A DNA stretch of 64,000 nt from Camelus ferus (Eukaryota): contig NC_045696.1 in NCBI RefSeq assembly GCF_009834535.1, forward strand, positions 114,826,001-114,890,000, given 5' to 3'. The notes beneath the pieces were generated by a model that did no database searches, had not been told where the DNA came from, and was given only the letters and a program-made list of their open reading frames with translations. The position numbers and the translations under genes were made by a program. Positions 1-12,130 of this stretch are shown here, one piece after another. Position 1 is the first letter of the stretch, and the number at the start of each line of letters is the position of its first letter.

Positions 1-529
1 TTCTCCATACAAAATGAATTAAATATTTGTGTAGCATTTAAAAAGTACACATATATGTATGCATGTGTGGGTGTGTCAGAGTGTGTGTATGTATGTTTAT
101 TTAGAGAGAGAAGAGGAGAGAGAAATTAGTCACTGTAGGAGAGCTTTTGTATTTTAAAAGTTGACTTTTGTAAATTAATTATGGTCTCAAATAGTTCTAA
201 ACCATCCAAGGTGCTCTATTAACTAGTTAGTGTGAGCCTGAGCAATAGATGCGTAATGTCAGTTAATTGAAAAACATACGGTGTTAATTAGTGTTTAGCT
301 ACCTTATTTTAGTAGATCTCAATTAAGTAAGTGAGTGCAGTGTAGCCAGACTGTATCCAAGATGACAGATCAAAGTTGCTGCTGGAAAAAGATACTGAAT
401 ACAGAAATGAAGAAATTTCAACAAAGAAGGACCATACACTTTCTTAAGAATTTACACATGCGTTTTTGTATGTGAGAGGATTTAGATTGTAGAAAGCTCC
501 TGCTTTGTTACAAGATTGGAGATATTATT

Positions 530-710
530 AGACTCTGACTCGAGAGCCAGAACCCGAATTCAAAACCCAGCTCTTCCGCTGATTGGCTGTGCTGCAATTT
601 CTTCATTATAAATTTGGGTTAATTATAAGATCTACCTCATTGGTGATATTTTGAGGATAAATGAATTAATATTTATAAAGTACTTCAACTGTGATAGCAC
701 CTAGTAAATT
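530..710 (+). mobile_element. MIR SINE remnant
   Basis: aattcaaaacccagctct...tctacctcattgg...ttgaggataaatgaattaat...tagcacctagtaa resembles the MIR core and 3' end. Confidence 0.6.
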
Positions 711-730
711 ACATTATAAGTATTTCTAAA

Positions 731-913
731 ACAACAAATTTACTCTGTATAGCACAGGGAAATAAACTCAATATGTTGTAGTAACTTATGGTGAAAAAAA
801 AATGAAAATGAATACATGTATGTTCCCATACATGAAGTATTGTGCTGTACACCAGAAATTGACACAACACTGTAAACTGACTATACTTCAAAAAAACACA
901 TACTAAAAAAAAT
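731..913 (+). mobile_element. 5'-truncated L1 3' end with A-rich tail
   Basis: ctgtatagcacaggg...tgctgtacaccagaaattgacacaacactgtaaactgactatacttc + A tail; gtatttctaaa at 720-730 and 914-924 is a candidate TSD. Confidence 0.85.
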
Positions 914-2899
914 GTATTTCTAAATTATTAGTATTTCTAAAAACAAAAAAAATGGGCATTTTTGTAAGTGTTATTCATAAAAAGCCATTCATTGTGAACA
1001 CATTTCAAATATGGTATTGTTGCCAATTACTCTGGACACTAGTTATGAATAAGACTCTTCTACTGTACTGGAGTGCGGTCCATCCAGTAAGAGCATGGGA
1101 TGAAAAGAGATGCCAGGATTTTGGCAGGAAATTACCGCCACGGGACCCAAAACAGATCACGTCCCTGTGATCAGCTCATCCTCCACTTGTATACTCATCT
1201 TTTCATGTAAGCAAAGCCAGGTCAATATCGAATGGTCACTTGGTGGCCATGTCATCAGGACAGGGAGAGCGAGATGAACCAAGAGTTTTATGATACTGAG
1301 ACACTGAAGCCTGCAGCATCTCTCTCAACAGAGATGGTCATACCCACAGCCAGGTCTTGTCCCAGGGCAGTACCCCTTCCCTGGACAGTGTCTTAATACA
1401 TCCAAGTCACACTTCCTAGCGGACTCTCACACGTGCTCTCCTGGCCGACCGGTTCCTTGCGGTCAGGATTTCTTCATACATTTGGATGCCTTTATTCCGG
1501 CCACTTCAAGTTTCCTCTGAACTTTTGTTGGCCTGGAAGCATTCTTCTCTCCTCTGTAACTTTGCAAAGCTCTTTTCTGACCCATTATGTCTTCATGTCA
1601 AAGCTTAATGCTTCAGAGGCTTTCCTTAGTTTCCAGTTCCTAAAAAAGAAACCTCACTTTCTAATGCTATTTAACATTGAGTCAGCTTGCTTGATGAAGC
1701 AGTGGGAATATAAAAGCAAACTGAATTTTGAGCTATTTAAAAAGAATGTGACTGTTTGACCAGGAAAGCCTCAAGTTATGCCTATTTCCAATTTAGCAAA
1801 ATATTATTATTAAAAGTTGCATTAAAATAGGCCAGCAGGAGTGTGGTACAAATGTTCTCTTTCATGCCAGTTTCAACCATTGTCCTGCCTGTCTGCAAGA
1901 GAATTTGTTCTCAGATTAACACATGCTTATATCTAGAGGACAATCAGCAATAAGTTGCTTTCCTGGACAGACTTCAGACACAACGTAACTAACATCTCCC
2001 TTTCCAGGAGGCTTTTCCAGGTGGGACAGGGATCCTGTCTCGAAAAAAATGGAGTGTAGTGGTTTGCATCGTATTTAATATCTGTGAATTGTTTGGGGAA
2101 AAAGGATTGTAGATATGCATGTTATTTGCACATGAAATTGTCTAGCTTGCACTAAGTCTGTAATAAAAGTTGTTTTACTGATAAGCATCATTGAGTTAGA
2201 AATGAGCATGTCACTGAGAATACTATATCTAAACATTTGTCTACTAGGCCATTTCATTTGACTTAAATCTTCTCTTAGGATTCTATTTCTCTCCTAGTTC
2301 ACTGTTGATCTATACATTTATTCCCACAAAGGCATAATTTTAAAGATTCCACAGCCTTTTTCCATTTTCATCACTGGCACTTCAGATCAGAAAAAGTAGA
2401 TCGCTCTCTCCTTTGGTAAATTACAGGTATAATGAACCGAAGTGGACGGTGAATAATAGTCAGTGTACAGCAATGCACCTGCTGCCTTCAGAATTTCTGG
2501 AAGGAAAGCCATGTCTTTAAAACATTTAATGTAAATGTATCTCAAAAATTAGAATAAAACTGGATAAAAGAAAGGATTTTTTTTCCTCTTTTTTTAATAG
2601 CCACATAGAGGTTAAAATTGGAGATACATAGAATCACAAATCTGTAAAATCTTGGAGCGTAAAGAGACTTCGTGGCAATCTAGCGCACGTCCACATTTTT
2701 GAGTCTTGAGCCATCAAGATTTTGCCCGAGTAGGTCAATTCCGAGAGTTTAATTCTGAGGGGCGTCAATAAAATGCAAGTCTTATCAATTAATACACACA
2801 TTGCTGACAATTTGAGATCCGGCATCATTTTAGAGGAAAATTAGGTTAGAAAAATTTTGTGGAAATGGTTAATCAGCCCTTAAAATCAGAGATTATCTG

Positions 2900-2985
2900 T
2901 CCACCTAACCTCGTTTTACAAATGAGGGAGCATAGCCAGAGGGGTGAAAGGTTTTCTGGAGACCACACATCTGGAAGACGTTAGG
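2900..2985 (-). mobile_element. MIR fragment
   Basis: ctcgttttacaaatgaggga...agaggggtgaaagg...accacacatctgg. Confidence 0.5.
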
Positions 2986-4268
2986 ATCAGTGCACTTTGA
3001 TGAGCGTTGCTCTACGCTAAATCACTGTCAGAACTCCTTAAAGCAATCTTTGACTTCACCAGAGAATTGGAGTTGATATTTAGGTAAAATTCAAGTACTG
3101 ATAAAGAGAAACTTGTGGTTTTGTATCCCACATCTCAGATAAAACCTTAACCTAACTAAAAATTAGAATTTTATTTTTTAATTAACATTTCAATTTTAAA
3201 AGGTAAATATAAACATGGGAAATATGTATATTGTTGAAAACTGAACTGAAAAAAAAAAGACTAAAGCTACAAAGAAGGTGACAAAAGTGACTAATTGTCC
3301 AAAGACCCAGTATTTTGCTAAATTCCATTTTAATTGAAAAGCAGCATTTTAAGGGGGGAATTTAGTTTATTTGACTACTAAAACTATTTTTAATGAAAAT
3401 ATATCAATGTGGAAAATAAATATACTTTTATAAGGAACTTTTAATTTTAGCAAGGTCCCTTGTTATTAAACGTTTTGTTCTCTGAAGATCAAAGCACTTG
3501 AAAAGAGAAGAATCTATTCTCTTATCTTTAAAACGATTTAAGGTTAACTACCCCAGATGGGTGAAAACCTATTTTAAAAAAGCCAGCCGATGAGCCTCCT
3601 GTTTAAATAAGTAAATATTGTATGTAGCCTAAATTTTTCATGCTGTAGTTTAAACTCATATATTATTGTTCTTATATGAATAGAAATGGATGGAAGCTGA
3701 AAATCACCTTCAATTTAGTAATATTCCTCAATATATTTTAAAACTGTTATTAAGGTTCTTCTTAGTCTTCCTTTTAGGTCTAAGAAACCTAACTTCTTAT
3801 AATTTAAGTTTATAAATCTACTGTCTAACATTTAATGATCTTTCACATTTCTTCTTAAACCTGTATTCACAGCTATCATGCCTCTATTTGGAGTTTAAAT
3901 ATGAATATAACACATTTGAGAACCATGAGTATAAGGAAATCTTCACTAAACTCTTCCACATACATAAAAAAAAATCTCTCTTGTACTATGCAGTTCTTTT
4001 CTGTCTTAAATTTACCACCCTGCATTGCTTTTTTATTTATAATAACTGCTCTAATTTAACAGTGTCATTCTCAATGTTGATTCTTTTTGCAGGGTCTAGA
4101 ATTATTGAGTTCTGCACATTTAACAGTCTTCAAACTTATCACTCAGATGATGGAGTGCTAAATAGTACTATAGTGAAAATGATTGTGGCATAATTTTATT
4201 TATGTATTTACACTGGAATGGATATCTACTCTTCTTTAAATCAAATCTGATATATTTCTCAGTGTGTC

Positions 4269-4799
4269 TGTTACCAAACTCAGGTTCAGCTGCCCACTGC
4301 TCAAAAGCCAGTAATTCAAAGGCAAGTGTCAATAGAAAGGAAAGGTGCTTTAATCAGAAAAAGCCAGCGATCTGAGGAGAAGATGGACTCATGTCCCGAG
4401 ACCAACTCAGAAGATTCTGCCCAGCCATGACAGTTTTTAAAGGAAAAAATTAGAGGAGGGCAGAATCTCAGTGAATCATTGGGCAGGAGGTTGGGTTCTG
4501 TATCAGCAGACAGACAGACAGACTAGCTGCTTGTCTCTTCAGATGTTACCTTGCCTGTGTGATTTCCCTGCAGGACTGCTAACAGTGGTCTTTGGGGTAC
4601 TGAGCTAGTCTTAAACTTCTTAATTCCTCGTTCTTCTTTTTATCTAGGAAAAGAATCAGCAGGTTAGGAAACACATGGTATGCATTCAGGAGAGCATAAG
4701 TCAAATTGCGAAGTGATCTCATTCCTATAATTAGGTTCTCTCAAGGTTTGAGGGAGGCAGAAGTGGGCAAACAGGAAAGGAGCTAAAGAGCTGCTTTCA
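4269..4799 (-). mobile_element. ERV (class I-like) solo LTR, about 530 bp
   Basis: TG...CA termini (tgttacc...gctttca; minus strand starts TGAAAGC); minus-strand ATTAAA near 4350; flanks tgtc/tatc fit a 4-bp TSD with one mismatch. Confidence 0.75.
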
Positions 4800-5211
4800 T
4801 ATCTGGTATCTAGTATAGCAAATAGGTTTTTATCTTATATGGCAAATCTGAGCAATTCCTAGATCCCTAGAGTGATGTGTTGAGTATGTGAAACCAAATC
4901 CAGACTCTGAAGGAAAGGATGTCATGATTGACTAGTGTTGTCTGCCAGGGATGTACATCAGGTGATCGAAATCTTCGTGGGGGAATAATTAATTTATTTT
5001 TATAGCTGTTTTAGTCTAGTATGCTTTATATGTTTGAGGTTAGGGATACAGCTGGGAGCTTTTGAACCATTTAAGAAAAAAAGACAAATCATTTTTTAAA
5101 AAGCTTAAGTGGTAAGTTGTTGTGGAACTTTTTCTTGATGAACAGATATAGTTTCTTGGAAATTTCAGTTAATTCCCAATTATACTATTAATACCTGAGA
5201 GTTAACTGGCT

Positions 5212-6015
5212 CACTAGTTTTCTATGGCTGCATGACATTGTACATTATCACAGCAAAGTTAATGGCTAAAACAACACAAATTTATTATTTTATGGCTTCT
5301 GAACATCAAGAATCCAGGCATCACTTATCTGGATCCTCTGACATTTTGCAGCTGATGAGCAGAAGAGAAAAGTTAAAGAAAGTGTCATCTGATCGGCTGG
5401 TTGAAACGCACTGACTCAGAGTCAGATTACTCAGTAACATACCAGTAAGTTTGTGTGGGCTTACATGTTTTGGAGCAAAACGGCTCTAAACAAAACAGAT
5501 GGTCTGAGAGCACAGAGGAAATGGGTATACAAAATACTGAATAAGAAAACCAATGAAGGGAGGTTGTGGCAGACCTTTTAATTCTTTCAGAAGTTGGTTA
5601 CCAAGATGTCAGCCTGGGCTGTGGTCTCATCTAAGGTTTGACTGGGGAAGGAAGCCTTTTCCTTGCTCATATGGTTGTTGGTCACATTCAGGTACTTATA
5701 ATGACCTCAGTTCCTTCCTGGCCGTTGGCCAAAGACCACCTTGAACTCCCTGCCAGGTGGTCCTCTCTGTAATGAAGCTTGGAACATGGCAGCTTGTTTT
5801 TTTCAAAGCTAGCAAGGGAGAATCTCCCCTCAAAAAATAGGCGATACAAACTTATGTAACATGATCATGCCCATGTAATCACATACTTCCCATCAGCTTC
5901 ACCAAATTCTATTTGTAAAAGCAAGTCACAGGTTCTCCAGGGGAATAGACTATGCAAATTTCTGACTACCATGAGGCAGAAATCCTAGGGACCACCATCC
6001 AGGATGTCTCCCCAG
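5212..6015 (-). mobile_element. MaLR MLT1-type LTR, interrupted at about 5341-5590
   Basis: tagttttctatggctgc...aaaacaacacaaatttattatt; resumes caagatgtcagcctgggctgtggtctcatct...agcaagtcacagg. Confidence 0.7.
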
Positions 6016-6529
6016 CTGGTGTGAGTACATTTGTCAGAGAGCTTTCTCTTATTGGGATAAAATGTCTTCAGGCCGCCTGAAGATACTCTGTATCACAATA
6101 GTGTCTGCCCTACTCCTCTGATACTGAGAGAAGGGAAGATGTGAAACTAAGAGTAATTATGTCATTCTTAAGAATGTTTATGGGAAAAAAACTGGATGCA
6201 GGTAATACTATGAGTAAATGCATATATTAAAAAAAGACTTGGCAGAGACAAAAGCTGAATCACTAACATATCAGAATATATTTTAAGAAAATACAGTCCA
6301 TGAAAAAAAAAAAGAAGACAAAATTCTGGGACTTTAAGCATCAAGAATAAGAGAGAAAACAAAGCTGTTTCTTAAAATAATTGAACCATGTAGTCATCCA
6401 ACTGCTGAATTTGCAACCCCAAATCTTAAGCACAATAAATGTCACAGTTTTACTCTTCCTTAGCATGTAACTGATTATCAAAAGTCATTCTGACATCAAT
6501 GTAGCCTACATTTTTACCCTCTTCTCAAA

Positions 6530-6630
6530 CTCCATGGAGAGGATATTTGCTAACTGGATGTGCTAGTATCCCAAGTGCCTTTAAGAGTGCTGGACACAAA
6601 AGAGATGCTTATTAAACAGTATTTGTCAAA
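6530..6630 (+). mobile_element. L2 3' end remnant
   Basis: gtatcccaagtgcct...agtgctggacaca...tgcttattaaacagtatttgt. Confidence 0.5.
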
Positions 6631-7866
6631 TCACTTTGCAATGATTCTTAGCACCCCTGGTTCCTTCCCTGACATGACTTTTCACCAGATATAAGCCCAA
6701 ACAATCTCTCTCCAATTTAGGTCTTCAGAAGTTTTTCTGGGGCAAACCACTCTTAAGTTTTATATAAGCCGTTTTAGTTGAAAAGTAGGGTACAGATGAA
6801 AGCACAAAGAAATTTGGTGCAGTCTCAAGAGAACGGGGTTAATATTTAAAGCAGCCTTGTAAAAATGTGGCCTGAGAACTTAAGAGCACAGCTCATAATT
6901 CATTCCCAACATCCTTGCTAGGATGGCGGGGACACTGGGCTGTGTGAATTTCAGGGGGTCATGTTTTGTCAAGGAGGCCCCGAGGACATGACTGATTCAA
7001 GCAGAGATTCCAAAAATAAGAAAAATAGGTCAGAATACAGGAAAAACTATTTCCACCTCGTTAGTAAAAATACTAATGATAGATAGTAATGTAATTTTTA
7101 TAGGACTTTGAAATTTTGAGGGACAACCTTCATTACATTGAAATTGAAACTATATCTGACCTATTATTAAATGTAGGTTCTAATTGAAGAGTGACCTTGT
7201 GAAAATTGCCTTTTCTTTTATTTTTAAGATTAAACTTTGAGCTCTTTTTTTTTTTTGTCTCAAAGATGTACTAGCCATGATTTTATGATGAGTCTCTTAA
7301 AGAGTAAGGTAAATTTTTCTTTATACCAGGTTTCAAAATAGAAATTCTGATTCTGAGTTTACAATACTAAAAGCACACTGCTTAAAAAAGGGAAAAGGAT
7401 ACATTTAAAAGTTTCATTCTGTATTTATTCCTGGTTTAATTTTGTTTATGAATCCTTGAACACTCAGGAAGTGTTCCAACACCTTTTGAAAAATCATAAT
7501 CTTACTAACACATAAATTTAGTTTGATGTTATGATGTAATAAAAACTAATCGAAATAGAAATCTGTCAATCTTGATTTGCCTCATGCAATCTATAATGTT
7601 TTCCTATTATAAAAGTAAGATATTACTAATTTAAATATCCTCATTTTTAAGGTATAAAAGTGATATTTAAGTCAGGATTCTGTATAAAACGATTGCTGCT
7701 TATTGATAAAGAATTTATGATAACATATGTTTGATTTAGTTTGGCCACTTTTCTGTTGCTTTCCTCCAATTTATCTTTAATTGTCTTATTTTTGTAGGTA
7801 TATTTTGGTGAATTAATGCAGAATTCATTAGATAAACTATATATACAGGCCACCAAAGCTGAATAT

Positions 7867-7905
<39 letters not shown>

Positions 7906-7950
7906 GTATATATATGTATATATACACACACACATACATATACATATAAA
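7867..7950. repeat. Compound (TA)n/(TATG)/(CA)n microsatellite
   Basis: Directly visible; generates the YI-repeat ORFs. Confidence 0.95.
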
Positions 7951-10063
7951 TATGTGCATATCATACATTCACAAAATTATAATAATGCTATTTTTATGCC
8001 TAGTGTTATGGGAATCTCCTGATATTGTAGTTTTAATTCTAAATTCATACTGCACTCTAGTGGGGAATGAGATCAATGCAAAATTTTTCTTATGTTCATA
8101 CCTTATAGCTCTAATTATGGATTATTTACACTTTTAAAATGAAGTGTGAAAAGACTGCTGTCATCTATAATTTTCTCAAGGGTGAGATGATATAAATATA
8201 ATTTATAAATTCTGTATAATATATATATTTTATATTTAGCTATTATAGTCCAATAGGATTTTTTCCTAAATTGGTCTTAAAAATAGAGGAAAACTCACTG
8301 ATGAAATGGCTTGGCTTCACAGCATCTACACACACACACACGCACGCACACGCACACATATAGATTTGTATACATAGATGTAATTTATGCCATATAAATC
8401 CTACTATAAGGAAATACAGAATATAAAAGTTAATCCCTGATTTTTTCTAACAAAAGACAAAAGAATGGCTAATTTTCTTCCTTAAGTTTAAAAAATGAGG
8501 ATTAGATTTTAAAATATTGACTTGTAATATTTCATTTATGAACTTAATGTCATGAGGCACCTTTGGCAACAATGTCTTTGTCATCACTGGAACCACCTTT
8601 CAAATTCCTAATAGTTTTCTCATTTTTTTCTAAGTTAATTCAAATTACATGAATGATTTTAAAATCCATTTATGGGGTTGTCTCTGGAACTTTATTCCAA
8701 GTAACCAGTATCCAATCACATAACAGTAGTAGTATATTTTTTTCTAACAATTTCACACCGTTAATGCTTATTAATGATCTCCATAATCTTTTACTAATTT
8801 TTAGGATCACCTTTGAACAGCTTCTTCAAAATGATAACTTGGAGTTGCAGTTGTGAGGTCATATCCTGACAAATGATGACTAAATCTTTATTATTTTCTC
8901 TATTTTCTTTTTTATTGAGCTAGTCAAGAAAACTTGAGTAAGAACTACAAACTCCATAACAATTTGCACAGATTATACAAAGTACAGCATCCCTATAGTG
9001 AAGTGTTCTAGATTGATATGTCCTCCCCAAACATCACTTTTTTTCACAATAAAGTAATTGAGAAAGCTCTTTATATTAGACTTCATGAAGAATTCAGTAT
9101 CAGTAGATTCCTCCTTTCAGAGAGATAATTTTTTGAGAGCAAATTTTGTCTTACATTTGGGCAATGTTTAGACTTTTACTTTTATTTTCTCAAAGAGATT
9201 AATTTTGAAAGAAATAGCCAAAACTTCTTACCTGACACCCTCTGTATAAATACTATTAAAACTCAAAGAATTAAAGCATTTTATCAAATGAACTTCTGGA
9301 TTTTTTTTTTTTTTTACTAAATATTAGGTTGTCATCCACCTTAACCTAGTCATTATTCAGCCATATCAAAATGAAATATCTATAGTTCAGATTTTTATTT
9401 TACTTTCATCTAGACGAAAATTGATTGTCAGACTAAGATTTCTAGAGGGATTTTTATGTTTAGTATTGGTTCCACCACTATTTACGGAAGCAAGTCTGTG
9501 CTAAATGTGATCGACATTTATAAGTCCCCCTCTACCTCATTTAAAAGTAATCTGTGGCAGGAGAAGCTCTTTCAAAAACAAGAATATTTCATTTTGGTTT
9601 ACTTAGGCTGTTTACAGTTGTCTGCCTTTATAGGTCATGTGCAAAATCCTTTTCAAAATATGCTTTATTGTGCTCTAACCTGCCTGTTGGCAGATGTCAT
9701 TTATTATTAGCTCATTGTCAGTACAAATTATTGTAGAGTCTCAAGATTCTTGGAGCTCTTAGAGGCTTGCCATTTTGACAAGGTAGCAGGTCCAAGAACA
9801 AGGGATAAAGCCAAAGGGATAAAACCAATCATAGGCAAAACACTGGAACCTGGCTTATTAGCTTTGAAATAAAACATTGATGTTATTCATAAGGAGGGTT
9901 TTCCACTCAATAAATTAGGTTTGGTTGTCAACTAATATACACTTCTTTAAATACTTTTAATTTGATATTAATGATTGTTGATTGTTGTGATAGGGTTGAC
10001 TTACTAAAACAAAAAATGAAGTTTATGAATTCTTAATTATATGGAGACTGGCTGGATAACACA

Positions 10064-10094
10064 GTGTGTGTTTGTGTGTGTGTGTGTGTGTGTG
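10064..10094. repeat. (TG)n microsatellite
   Basis: Directly visible. Confidence 0.9.
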
Positions 10095-10626
10095 TCTGAA
10101 AACAGCCCATCCTTCATCTGCACTGGAACCCATCATTATTAGACACGAGAACTCAGTTTGAGGTGTGTTAGATTTTTTGTTAATGGGTTGGCGAGTTAGT
10201 TGTTTAGAGAAAATGACAAAGTTAAACTGAATTAGAGAAAATGACTTGAAACCACAGTCTATGTTGGATTTCCCACCTTTTACTCCCTAAATTGAATTTA
10301 CCTCTCAGTCACATGCAGGCACCTGGAGAAACCAGGGGTGGGAGGCCTTTGCACTTCATGTTTGCATATGGTGATGGAGAAGATAAGAGAATGTAATTTT
10401 AAGCCAGTTTGAAGTACAGCATCAAGATGGTGGCCCCACTCAAGTCCGGGATCATTTTCATCACCCTCTGTGTCACACAGTTTACTTGTCCTGCTGTGGA
10501 GGGGACTGAGTGAGGGGTAAAGAAAAGAGAAGCTTCTTAGTTCTTCCCCAGAGCAGACACTTTAAAGAAATTTTTGTCTTATGGGTCAAAGAGAGAAAGA
10601 GAGAAAGGTCCTGACCAATCCTTAAC

Positions 10627-12130
10627 TTTTTTTTTTTCGAATTTAGATAAACTCCTATTTTAGAATAGTTTTACATTTGCAGAAAAGCCAAGTGAGCAGG
10701 GTCCCATAGGCCCCACCCACACACTTTCCTCTGCGGTTGGCAGGTTAGTCCGGTGCACTGGCCACAACCCATGGACCAGAAATGTATATTGATATTACTG
10801 AAACTCTATACTGTATTTAGATTTTATCAGATTTTTTTAACCATTTTTCTTCTCTTCCAGGAATCCTATCCAGGACACCACACTTTATTTATTCTAATAC
10901 TTCCTTAGGCTGCCCTGGGCTGTGATCATTTCTGACTTTCCTTGTTTTAATGACCTTGATGGCTTTCCAGAGTAATAGTCACATCTTCTGTAGACTAGCC
11001 CTCATCTGGGGTTTGTCTGATGTTTTGACGTGGCTTGACTTGGGTTATGTGTTTTTATGAGGAAGATGGCGGAGGTGGAACACAGTTCTCAACGCATCCT
11101 ATCAGAGATACATGTCACACCAACATGACTTACCACGATTGTTGCCTTGGTTAGCTGGCTTAGGTAGTGTTTGTCAGGTTTCTCCACTGTGCAGTGACTT
11201 TTTCTTCTCCCTCCTTACTGTGCTGTTTGGAAGCAGGCCAGTAGGCATATAGCCTACACTTAAGGGATGGGTAGTCATGCACCATTCCCTCCTTGCTGCG
11301 GGGCACATCTATTTAAATTATTCGGAATACTCCTATATGGGAGGTTGTATCTTCTTCACCATTTACTTTTTTTTAAATCATTATGTACTCATTGATATGT
11401 ATCTTATACTTTGGGTTATAATTTTTTTTTCATTTTTCAGTTTTATTGGAAAACTGTTAGAATTGTTAATATTTGACTGCACATAGACATTATATTGCAT
11501 GTAAATACATATACACAGTATGCTGCACATATTTTTAAAATTTACGTATATGTACCGTTCTTTGTTTCTAAGAACAATTAGAGCTTTAGCTTTTTAAACT
11601 TACATAGTTATCAAAGGAATAAAGCCAACCACAAAATAAGAATTAATTAAAAAGATACATATACCCTGCTATTAGCAACATTATTTATAATTGCCAAGAT
11701 ATGGAAGCATCCCAAGTGCGCATCAATAGATGAATGGATAAAGAAGATGCAGCATGTATATGTAATGGAATACAACTCATCCATAAGAAAGAAGGATATC
11801 TTGCCATTTGCATCCCTTCATTCACTTTTGTTTTCACCTCAAAAACCAGAATTTTATAACTTGCATAAATATTTCCATTGCATCAAAAATGACAAAATGC
11901 CTAGAAATAAACTTAACCAAGGGGGTTACCTCTGAAAACTATAAAGCATTGATGAAGGAAATTGAAGATGGTACAACGAAATGGAAAGATATCTTGTGCT
12001 CTTGGATTGGAAGAATCAACATTATCAAAATGACCACACTATACTTTGGGTTATAATTAAATAATATGTTATTTAGTTATTTAGCCCTGGGCATCGGGAG
12101 CTCCTTCAGCTGGCACCTGTGTCTGTTCTC
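10627..12130 (-). mobile_element. Old L1 (L1MC-like) 3' region, split by a younger insertion at 11424-12039
   Basis: T-run then attttagaatagttttacatttgcagaaaag...aatcctatccaggacaccac...tagtgtttgtcaggtttctccactgt...ttatactttgggttataa; resumes after 12058 with gggagctccttcagctggcacctgtgtc. Confidence 0.8.
11424..12039 (-). mobile_element. TSD-flanked composite retroposed insert (unassigned polyadenylated sequence plus two L1 ORF2 fragments)
   Basis: Perfect direct repeat tatactttgggttataatt at 11405-11423 and 12040-12058; T-run and tttatt (minus AATAAA) at the left end; + strand L1 ORF2 pieces at about 11650-11815 and 11870-12039 ([33 protein letters not shown]). Confidence 0.8.
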
